A stretch of DNA of 64,000 nt from contig NC_087258.1 in NCBI RefSeq assembly GCF_037042905.1, positions 20,832,001-20,896,000 of the forward strand, read 5' to 3'. This document shows positions 25,448 to 37,800 of the stretch, piece after piece. This stretch comes from Lytechinus pictus (taxonomy: Eukaryota). The notes beneath the pieces are model-generated. The model was given only the letters and a program-made list of their open reading frames with translations, was not told the origin of the DNA and did no database searches. The translations under genes and the position numbers were made by a program. Each line of letters opens with the position of its first letter. Positions within the stretch are counted from its first letter, which is position 1.

Positions 25448-25800
25448 GGAGGAGCCGTGGTGTAGTGGTTCTGACTCTCGCCTTGTAAATAGAGGATTGT
25501 GTGTGCGAATTCCACCGCGGTCTGGCGTCCTTTGACAAGGCGTTAATACACACTTTGCCACACTCGACCCAGTTGCTAAATGGGTACCCGGTAGGATGTG
25601 AAAGTCATTGTAGCTTGTCCAGTACTATGTGCGCCTCACTGGCGAGTGACTGGAATAATCCCCAGGGAGTGGAGGATGTGCACACAGTTTGTGCGGGAAT
25701 GAATGAACGAATCCGATGAAAGGGTAATAATATATCTGTAAGCGCTTAGACACGTCGTTCCGATGTGTTAAGCGCTATATAAAAGCGGATTATTATTATT
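25448..25800 (+). mobile_element. tRNA-derived SINE with L2-type tail
   Basis: A box TGGTGTAGTGG, degenerate B box, core CACTCGACCCAGTTGCTAAATGGGTACC, tail AAGCGCTTAGACAC..AAGCGCTATATAAAAGC..(ATT)n. Confidence 0.85.
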
Positions 25801-26963
25801 AACAACTCTTAAAATTTCATAACTTTGATATTGTTTGTCCGATATGTTCAAAATTTCACCTATCAACTTGTCTGATTTTCCTTTCACCTCTTAAAGCAAG
25901 TTTTTATTTGGGTTGGATTCCCCTTTAAATCATCGTGGATGATTGAATGATAAAATGCTTTCTTTTTAACCGTCTTGAAGACAATTTCCTGCATATTTTT
26001 TTTTCGACAATTATGTGATCTCCTCCAAGGGGAAGATGCTAACCGCTTATTACCATTTTATTCGAAAAATAAAATATTTGCTGGTAAAAATGGTCTTTTT
26101 GTATAGGTATTGTTTGACAATAACTAGGTATTGTTTGACAATAACTTGTTTGACAAGTATACTGTTCTGATTTTCTTTGTTTTAAGAATGTTTATAAGAC
26201 ATCTTAAGAACCAGTTTATTTTTCTTCCTTGAATTCATCATAAGTCCCTCTGAAAAGGAATTGAAGCAATGTAATAGTACTTAATGAACAGGTGGAGATA
26301 TGAATATATAATCTACATTAATTTGCCAATATATGCGTGTAAATATAAACTTGATCTCATTTATTGTATACACGATATTGCATATAGAAATGAATTGTAA
26401 ACGGTGCAAAGTATAATTACAAATCTTACATTATGTTTATATCATGGTGAGAGGCTTTCTACGAATTATTAGAGAACATTCATACAGATAGATTTATTAC
26501 GCCAACATTATAGTATTAAAGTAAAGAGAAATCTCTTCTGCTGATAGATTTCCACCATTCTGTAAAATATAGATTTTTTTGTTACTTAAATCCAATATCG
26601 CAAATACAATCGATACAGCCGCAAATAATTTATATAAAATAAAACATTTTCCCTGATTGTTTCATTCACTTTAATATTCAGGCCCAGTTTTATACAGTAT
26701 AAGGAAGAGGTAGCATAGTTGTACAATAGTAGTTATGTAGTAGTACACTCTTAAAAATATTGGGCAAAATTTTACCCAAAATTTACCCAACATGAGGGCA
26801 GTTATGAGTCCAACCAACTTTTGGGTAAACTTTGCCCTTTTCGTAATTTACCCACTTTAGGGCAAACTTAAATGCCCATCTAATTACCCATCTTAAGATT
26901 ACCCAACCATATTACCCAACATAGTTTACCCAACTATTACCATACTATTGGGTATAAATATAA

Positions 26964-27203
26964 AGACTGGGTAATTGAGTTGGGCAAATCATTTACCCAA
27001 CGAATTGACCAGGAATATTGCCCAATTATTACCCACCTAGGAAATAGACTGGGTAATTGAGTTGGGCAAATCATTTACCCAACGAATTGACCAGGAATAT
27101 TGCCCAATTATTACCCACCTAGGAAATAGACTGGGTAATTGAGTTGGGTAAATCATTTACCCAACGAATTGACCAGGAATATTGCCCAATTATTACCCAC
27201 CTA
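26964..27203. repeat. ~82-bp tandem repeat x3 in the left subterminal region of the EnSpm element
   Basis: AGACTGGGTAATTGAGTTGGGCAAATCATTTACCCAACGAATTGACC... repeated three times. Confidence 0.9.
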
Positions 27204-28899
27204 GTACATGGAAAAGCAATAATTGGGCAAAACGGTTGGTCAATATTCATTACCCAATTCCATTGCCCAGTTAGACATTGCCCATACATTTACCCAACCT
27301 CCTGTTTTACCAACCTTTACCCAACTCTTACCCAGCATGAGGGTTCATATGGATCCAAGGCCACGTTGGGCAAAAACAAAATGGGTAAAAATATCAAAAG
27401 AAACTACTGGGCAATCTTTCCTCTTTTTTTACTCAGCTTGATGTACATTTTACTCAGCATTGAATCCAATGCATGTAACTGACAGTAAATGGGCAATATG
27501 GGGGATCCAAGAAGGATAAACTGCAAGGGCAAAGTACAGCATGTTATATACGGACAATATAACTACAAATATAACAGATGAGAACAATTGCCTGTTATGA
27601 ACAGAGTGTATATATATTCTTCAACAAAACAAAAATACAATAAACAACAAAATAAATATAACAATTAAAGTTTGATGTATAATGGCATCATATACCTTTA
27701 TAAATAATTTGTATACTGACTGAAGAAGATCGGACTAGAAATCAGAGAAGTCAGGAAAACAACTACATGTACAACTTGTAAATTAATGTTTAATTACAGT
27801 GCAATATCATACCTATCCTTATTTGTAGGCCTTATTACTGGAAATGATTATGCAATCACACACGATTCTGATACAAAATGGTTTGAGTTCTTTTCATATA
27901 CTTATCAATTCCAAACAAAATCAAAACATGCATTGGTTTATTTAATACTCGTACTTATTGAAAGATATAACAACAACAAAGTGAAGTATAACGATTAAAG
28001 CGTACTCCTGTAAACACATCTCCATCTTGTGAGAATGTAGTGCATATAATTATAAAAAATACATAATGAGCATCAGTGCAAGAAAAAAAAATGGCTGTGT
28101 ACAATTTTGATTTGTTGCATATCTTTTTCAACATGTATACCTATTTTTGTAATTCAACACTTTTAAAAATATGCAATCCAAACCCTCTAATTTTTCACCA
28201 ACCTTAAATAAAACAAAATAATTTTCTTTCTCTTCAAAAGTGCTGCGACGTTCTGAATATCGACATAACAAAAATCCGAAAGAGCTTGATATAGTTGTAC
28301 ATCACAACACATTGACTGAAATAGTGCATGTGGAAATAGATCAGACTACAAATCAGGAAAGTCAAGAAAACAACTACAACTTGTAAATTAATGTTTAATT
28401 ATACGTGTAATATTATACCTATTCTTATTTGTAGGCATTATTTCTGGAAATGATTATGCAATTGTACACACAATTCTGATACATGAGATAATGGCTTCAG
28501 ATCTGTTCATAATTTATCTATTCCAAACACCATAAACACATGATATCAATGAAAAAATACAGAATTTAAATGTTTGCTGTACAAGGAATATTCAAATTTG
28601 ATATTCTTTTATCGATATTCATCTTAAAACACATTTTTTTGGTTTAAATCCTTGCCGAAATGATTGTTTAATGATATTTTTTCCCATACAACTTAAAGTA
28701 GCTATGCGATGCAAACTAAAACATAGGAAATTATACATCACTATAGAGCTGGGCTAATAGATTAACATTATAAAAGTGTGAATCCTGAGGTGGGTTTTTC
28801 AATCGATGTTTCACTTGGATCTCTAATTTGCCATCAAATTAGTTGGGCTCCCAAAACTTTAGAAGGGAAAAGTTTGTGCGATATCATATAGCTTTAGCT

Positions 28900-31800
28900 T
28901 CAACTGATGTCCTTAGTTGCAAGAAATGCCCTCAGATCACGAATTTTAGGTGTAATATTGGCACCTACATCACCCATACCATACACGACACTCTGCAAGA
29001 AATGCCAGACTTGGCAACATTGCCGCTGGTAGTCAACATCGAATACAAAAGTACTCTTGAACGCTACATCTACAGCAGCAAGCAGGCTTGCTGTCTCGAT
29101 GGCGTGCCTCTCGACTATCACGTATGTCTGTGCAGGATTGATCTTGCTCCCCCTGGCCATTATGAACGGTTGGGAGCGCTGCTGGCCGTCGATCGACTTC
29201 ATGAATTCCTCAATGTTCACCACCTCCTGTTTTGCAATAGAAACAGAGAAAAAAAATTCCCCCTGTACTTATGATTGTTTCAATTGTTATCTTTTTAGGA
29301 TTACATGCAATTAGTAGGCTCATAGCGAACTTTGCTCGGAAAAAATATGTAGGTTTCCCTGCATACCATGATCTAATGTGATACAATCAATTTTGTTAAT
29401 TTCTTTCAATTTAACTTTTAGTGAAGGGACAATTACATGAGCATCAAATAACATAATTTCAAACTCCTCACGCGGAGCAACATACTACTTTAACTTGATG
29501 AAAGTTCTAAATATACAAACATTTAAAATCCCAATAATAATACTGCTGCTTCTGCCAGATATAACTGTTGTTCTTTGATAATAAAAACAAAATGCCTAAG
29601 TACATTATATGGCTGGCTGCACGAAACCAAAGTTTTCTAAAAAATCATATTGCAGCGATAATATGCATGGCGGTTTCTGTAATCTTCTCTGCCAATACCG
29701 AATCAAAACACTCACATTTGCACCTTTATACAGCAAGAACTAAGATACAGGAAAATTATGTGGGGCTTTACAGTGACTTCACCCTCTATTATACAATTAA
29801 CAGCAAAATACAAGTATTTGAACCCTAACCTTCAGTAATCTTTACTAAGCAAATGTTGATATTAAACGAGACGTTGCACAATCACACACAATTAGGCACA
29901 GAGCATGAACACCACAAAGGATTCTGCAACAAATGACACAGCACAGCAACAAAAAGCCATGCCCATTCTAGTGACATTTGGATTTGACAGTATGGCTTTG
30001 TGTTGTGCTGTGATATTTGTTGAGTCACCCCTTGTGGTGTTCATTGCTAACTAAACTGTGTTTTTTTGTGTGTGCAAAATCTGCAACCTCTTCTATGTTG
30101 ACATGTTATATTAGTAGAGATTACTGAATGACATATAGCTGCATGTGTTTAAATGTGTTTTTAAATTGAGGATTTCTAAACAACTCTGGTAAGTTTCTTT
30201 TGATGCTCATTATACTGCCACACCTGTGAAAGTTCATTAGGTCAATTAGCCTCTCACTTTGACCAAGTGATAACGGGCAAAACAAAATTATGCATGATCA
30301 GACTATTTCTTCACCGTATAAAGTATACGCCTGTTTCCATCTGCAACCTATACAACTTGCATGGTTTGTATTAGAGTATAGCTGTTGATTTAATTTACGA
30401 CATACTTACGGGCTGAACATCTATGAAAGAGTCGAGCGTCTCCTGCACAGTGCACACACCACCCTTAGCTTTTCTTCCACGTAGAATAGCCGGTAGGAGG
30501 ACCAAGGCAAGGTTTGTCTTCTCTTCTGTGAAGGGGAATTTAAAAAAAAAGGAATGTTTCAGTTAGCCAACATTTATAACTGTGTATAGACGGACTGATG
30601 AACATAAATCTGACACTGTAGGGCTTTACAGAATGGCAGCATGCTGGCCAATTACTTGCACAGATGTTACAATCCTTAAAAAAGCCCGCACTGCATGGGA
30701 ACTGGACATCAGCATACCGGACATGAACACTTGTTAGCCTTGATATCTTATCTAAAGAATCACATGAAACATAATTTTGCAAATTCAAAGGCAAATCATG
30801 TGCTACTATTATTATTGACTATAACCCCCAAACATCATGCCTTAGTGTCATGAAACAAGATCAATGCATATAAAATCTCACCAGGGTTCAGCCTCTCTGC
30901 ATCTATTCCATCAAGATGTAGTGCTGCCTTCCACAGTACGGAACGGTTGGCGTATTGGATAATCTGCTCCTTATACTGTGGCCACTTTATGTACAAGCCG
31001 TTCTCTTTGCCTTCATGGAATGTCTTGAAGTCTTGCTCAACCTGTGAGATACAACAATAAAAATTAGTCATCTTTTACTAATTCCTGATGATCAAGGTTT
31101 TTTTTAAAAACATTCCATGGGTAGAAGGCTAAGAGAATATACTTGTTCAAATTTGAGAACAGTAGTTTTTCCACAAGAACTGAACAGATCTTTTTATTTT
31201 CTTCGAGTTAAAAAACTGGCCACCACGCACCATGAAAAAAACAAAGAAAATTAAAGAAATCTCTTACGTCTTGTTTCCAAAACCCTGGTCCGTTTGCTCC
31301 AAAATTTGATCGGAGTAATTTTCACGCCAAAGAGATTCTACCAATAAATTGAGGTGGGTGTGCAAATCAGGCTTTAAAAGTATACAAAGGATGTCAAATT
31401 CCAAGAGTACAGAGGTTTTCTACAAAAATGCATTTGCTTCTCGCCAGACATATGTTATTTAATTTAATTTCATCGCCAAAACTGAGGTAGGGATAAGAAA
31501 CAATTCAGAATTATGTAGCTGTCAGGAACTTAAAAGCACAAACAAAATGTATCTTCTTAAAACAATTGAAAAAGCTCTTTGTATCACTAAACAAAATGAT
31601 GATGAAATTGATTTGTATTATCTTCTGCAGAAAAAAATATTCCATTTAACACAATTCAGTATAATTCTTTAGGGTGCTCTTAGGTAGAATATTAAAACCT
31701 TGTCAAAAAGTCAGGTCTTTACCATTTCTGCTTGCATCATGTGAGGATACTCTGCCAGGATGGTGCTGATATTGTCCCGATGAGCTTTTATCCACTTCTG

Positions 31801-34800
31801 TCGGTGCATTACTGTTTCCTTCATGTAGGCAACAACCTGTTCTCGAGGCTGCTTGTTATGCTTGAGCCATTCAATTTTAGCTGCAGTATCTTTATCAACT
31901 TCTGGAGGCCCCTGATCCTCTGCCGAAGGTTCTGGAGTAAACATGCAATATACAGGAAACATAATTGCATGACATTCTTGATTTTCTTACACAGGCGTCT
32001 GCTACCTTCAGCTGCTTCTTATGACTTTTTAAAGTCATTATAAAATATACTGTCTACCATAAAAAAATAAAAGTATTTGTTTAATAATCTCACAATGCAA
32101 ATATAAATTTCTATAAATAAAAACAATTCCACAGCATTAAGTCAAATGAATTAGTTTTGTTCAACATGTATATATGCATTTAGAAATGGAGAAGAATGTA
32201 TACTGTAACCAAGAATTTATGTGAATTGGCTCTCCTTTGACCTCATAAAAATCAAACCCAAAATCTTATCAGGTGACTGACTGGCGTAACTATTTAAAAG
32301 TACAGACTAGCTGTTATTTAAAGCAAGCAGGAGACAATTAACCAAATGTCTTTAAAATCAACCTATTTTATATTATTGATACCTGATGACTGAGTTTCGG
32401 TTGGCATTGGTTTGACGATCTGCTTTTCTGCTGAGGAAGCAACATTTTCCGCACTTTCAGTCTTCTTCAGGCGACCAGTCCTCTTTCTCAAATACCTTAG
32501 GTGCTCCTCGAGGTATCCCGTTGCTGGACGCCCCTTGGCTCCTTGGCAGTACCAGGCTTCCTTCAAATGGCACAACACGGTATTGTTATTATATATCCTT
32601 CAGGCAAATGACAATCTATTTGGTAGTCACTACATATGATTGACATATAAAGCAATTAAAGGAAACCAAAACCCCAGCCAACAAATTGCTTAAATTCAGA
32701 CAAATTAAAGAATAATATCAATAATATCTTCAAGGAATTGGATGAACTTCAACATGTATGACTTTTCCAAAGTTTTAATCACCATCAATTTGTTTTCTGG
32801 TAGATTGACTAAAGATGTGACCTTTGATGTTTTGGGGATGCTTGCAGAGCTATTCTGACAGATACTGACAGAATTTGTTTATTATTTTCTTTATAATTTT
32901 CTGTGAGCGGGCAGTGCGTCGTGTATACATGTGTAAGTTGGGCATTAGAGAGACATTTTACACTAGCTTAAACAGATTACACTGATTATTAACAAACCCT
33001 TATAATTGCTTGCCAACTAAATACAATATCACTGTATGGATACTTATGAACCAAGCAATTGTCATACTTGCATTCTAAATTAATACTTACATAGCCATAT
33101 GGAGAGTCAGGATCACGCAAGCATGGAAAAGCTGTAATTATGGCACTAGCCATAGCGGCCTTCACTCCAGAAGAAGGTCTGTAAAGCAATAATGTTTTTT
33201 TTTTAAACTGCATTGACTTGCTCATCCAACATCCAGAAACGTACAATTTCACGAAAAGTTGACTTTTACATAACATTAGCATAATCTACCAGAATTATTA
33301 GGGGTCAATGCCTGTGCATGCTCCCTCCCCCCCCCCCCCAATACCCTGAAGTAGGTTTTGTATCGTTTAAACAAAAGCTAACCTAAACTAAGGTTTGTAT
33401 CATGGCGTATAATTGACATGGAACCCTCAGTAAAAAGGATTTTTATTGAGTAAATACATGGCACATTTTGCAATTTCATTAAAAAGGATAACACAAACTT
33501 TCAATATAATTCAAAATATAATGCTAATATATAATTTTAATTTGTGTTGTGGTTATTGCTAAATGAAACTATGAAGACGTGCGTGCAAACAGATGCAAAT
33601 TATTTACACATATAGGCACAGTGTGCGACAATGAATTCAAAATGGCCGCCAACTTGTCTAATGCGACCACCTGTATACAGCGACCCCTTTTCGCTGGTCC
33701 TTTGAGTTGTCGCTATAGACAGGTTTGACTGTAACAAAATTATTATATCCATCGGATAGGGTGTCTTTTCCAATGAAAAACGATACCAAGAATAGTAATT
33801 TTGGTTGTGTAGTTTTTGTTTTAGTGCGCTTTGAGTGACACCATGTCAGGTTCCCTTTTTGGTCATTTTTTTACCAAGTCAGTGTGTAATAAATTGCACT
33901 TACTGCCCATTATAGCGTCGCGAACAACGAGCAATACGCGCTTTTGTTAGTGTGCATTCAGCTGTGTGCCGAGAGAATGGGCACAGTTGCTCGATGATAT
34001 GACAGACAGAAAGTGTGATTTATTAGGCAGATCGAGACTTGGTAAAAAATGGCAAAAATGGGAACCTGACATGGTCTCACTAAAGACGTCCTACAATATT
34101 GTTTTTCATTTGAAAGGACACTCTATCCGGCGGACCCAATCATTTTGTTACTATATTTTGGGAAGTGCCCCGTTCCGTTTTTTGGGGGGCCACCCTGTAT
34201 ATAGGGCATCTACCAATGAAGTTTGGTAATAAACAGATGCACGGTTGGAAGGTTATTCAAATTTTTGTAAGCGTCAAGGACAGACGGACAGACAGACAGA
34301 TGGACGCAATTTGGATCCCTTAGTCTCCCTCCACCTATGGTGGGCTCGACAAAAACAAGGAAAAAGAATGAAACACACAAATAAAATATTTAATACAAAT
34401 ATCATGCGCCTAAAAAGACAAACAGACAATGTATAAAACAGAAAAGGAAGAAAACAATGTATTACTTTTCTCCATGATGCTGCATCACGTACTGCGTGCA
34501 GATGTCCACAAGAATCCTTCTGTTGGGTTTGCTGCAAAACTTGTGCTTGTCAATATCCTTTATAATTCTGGGGCCACCCTTGACAGAAGATAGGATGGGC
34601 CTCAAAAACTGAAAGTAAATGCAAATTAACTAAATTATTTGTTTCTATCCAAAAGTATCAATTTATGTATTATCTTCAAAGATATGCAAGTTAGTTGTGA
34701 TCCCTTGTGATAGCATGAACTGCACACATATGCATACGTCCAAACGAATTCAGATGCATACACTGGCCTGAGCCTAAATAGATCAGGTCTGAATGATTAA

Positions 34801-37800
34801 AAATTATAACAAAGCAACTAGGTAAATATGCATTCCAGTTGAAATAACGTGTAATTCTGGACAAAAACCTACAATGATCTGATATTTTGGCCCTATTCAA
34901 ATATTAGGCAAATTAGGCACAAAATGAGATATGTAACAAGTAAATTATTATAGCAAATAATACTCAACGCACATATGTGACCGTCTTTGTCCCTTTCCGT
35001 TGTGGTGCTATGTGATCATCTGCCTGCCAGTCATGTTGGTCCGAAGAAGTGTCTGCACTGTCTGACAGTTCAAAACCCTCACCCAAACTCACTGTAGATG
35101 CTGGGGATGTAGCAGGTTGTTTGAACTACAAAGGAGTAAGAGAATAGGAGGTGGGGGTCATCAAATATATAATGGATTGTTAGCAAAGAGAATACCAATT
35201 CATCCAGGTTGACATAATATTATCAGATAATATTATCAGATAATGATATACAGTACTGCCGAACATTGTGTGCAAAATTTTCTGCATGATAAGTAAATTT
35301 TGACACCTGAACTTTGCTATAAGTGACTAAAAATTAAAATATGGGCAACGAGACACATAATTGGACCACTGATAAATGTTCAGTTAGCTTCATGCTTGTT
35401 TGAGGTCGTGGAATTACTTCAGTCAACTAATTCTGAGTGGTCTGGGGTAGTACAGTTTTGGTACAGAGGGCGCATGACATTTGTACTCTGTTGTTCGCGC
35501 ACAATTACCCTTTGTGAACTGCTGTACCGTATCGATCATGAATACGCCAAAGCTCGGACAAGCATGACATGTATATGACAAATTTTATTTTCTTTTACAA
35601 AAGTAAAAGAATTTGAAAGTTAAAACACATTTTAGCATACCTACAAAAAGTTGAAACGCACTGCTATGTACCGTGTGTCCTCTTCAAAATGCACTTTATG
35701 AATCTGTGTAGCCGTCAGAGGATGGTAGTCAAATAATTTGCATGGCTTCACAACTGCAATCTTTGACTGCTTGTCGCCATCTTCGTGTACAGCATATGCT
35801 TGAAAGTGCGAACTGAAGTTAACCGTCTCAAACATTTTCAGAACAAGAAGCACCTCACTGTTCATCAGAAGGACATGCAGAACCTTTCCAAATGTAGGTC
35901 CATCTTCTGTCCATTGGGTGATTACACATGTTCCTGCCCTGTACTCATATCCATGTATCACTGCCATTTTTGATGTCGATACAATGATATCCTTGTCACA
36001 TGTTAACACATCAGATATTTTGTTCCCGAGGGCAAGCCATGACAGGTTGATATCCAGCTGCTGGGAAAGTTCCAAGTCTTTGCACTGTATTGACTGTTCT
36101 GACAGGAATGCATAGCACCTTGCCATTTGATGTTTTTCCGAGAGTGTCTTGGCAATATTCTTGAAATTACATGAAGAATTAGCAATCGCCTTGAAGACTT
36201 TATGCTTCCCTTCAAATCGAATTGAAGAGTACTGACACAGAGGACCCAGGGCTCTCAGAACCCTAGGATAATGTGTGAGGAAATGCTGCTTTGGTGTGAG
36301 ATTTCTCTCAGGAAACAATCTCAAGAACTGTCTATGATGCTCACAAATGAGAGCCTTTAGTGCAAATGTGGCTGCTTTGCTTATACTTGGAGCCATCACT
36401 GTCTTCAGTATATTAATGAGCTGGAGATACAATTCCCATTCTTCAGAGTCTTCTGGGACCTTATCCCCTATAATCAAGGGGAGATGATATGCCAAACACA
36501 TCATTTGGGCTGCACTCTGCCCACTGGGGCCACTTGGATTAGTAATTACAGAGAGTTTGACTGGACTTGGACGATTCTTTCTGTTTGCGAATCCATAGTT
36601 GTAGGACTGAATTCTTGCATTCAATTCCTCTAGAGTGAAACATCTTTCTTCAATAAGTCTGCCCAAGACAAGATACATTTCTAGTGGTATTATGGCTTCG
36701 GCAAAGTCATGCATCACATCAACGCAGAGGTTAAGTGTCACATGATAGTTGTCTAAATCATTCAGAATGCTCCTCCTGCTAATACCGGTGTCTGACAATG
36801 GTTTACCAATATCCTCCTCATAGCTTTCTCTTGTCCTTAAGAGATCCTTATCCTCCGCTGTTCGTGACTGAAGCACAGCACGATGCCCCTTGCAAAGTCT
36901 ACAGTAGTAGTTTGCACTGAAACTTGATGTGTATCCAAGCATTGAATTGATTCCCAAATTATCCCCAGTCACTTGAAACAACACTGGTTTCACCTTGACT
37001 GTGCGACCATCATGGTTGATGTGTAATCCATTGTCTGACAAATCCTTCAAATCTGAACATACGGTTTTCAAAATGCTGTCCATTCCATACTTGGTGCAAG
37101 ACTTTGTTGTAGCAAGTGCTACCAACAAAATGTTATCAAGTCTGGCCTGGTACACAGGTGGGAGTGAAAGTACACTCATATAAAATGCACAGATTTTGTG
37201 CTTTCCTCTCTTTGATCCAAGTGGATTGGCAGTTTCGAAGTCGTCAGAGTAGAGTAACAACGGAATAACAAGTGACTCTTCATGTGAGTATTTCTCTTTA
37301 AAGTGATCTCCATCACGATATGATTCCAAAACCTGATCTCCAGACTCTTGGGCAGAATGAATAGCTTCCAGAACACCTGGCTGCTCCAAATGTTGTTTGA
37401 GTGACTGTGAGACTGGAATGTATTGAAATGTTTCTTCGTGACGAACTTGCAGAGATGTCCCACTAGACGAATCGATAGTTGCTTTGAAATAATGCCCAAG
37501 GATTTTCTCTTCAGGAGAAATGAAAGCACCACATTTTTTGAAATATGCTCTCTTCTGATGTTCAGTTTTCAAATCACTGAAAGGATTTGATGTTTCATTC
37601 AACAGTTGCTCCAATTCTACCTTTGCGGCTTCATCTGTAACATTTTCTGCAACTTTGGTAATCTTTTCTTGTACATGATCTACAAAATTATCAAAAATTT
37701 CCTCCACATTTTCGAGAACTTCTTCCACAAATGACGTAGGCACACGAGATGAATTTCTTAATTTTGCTATCAACAGAGCAGCTTCGTTGGCATGTGGTGT

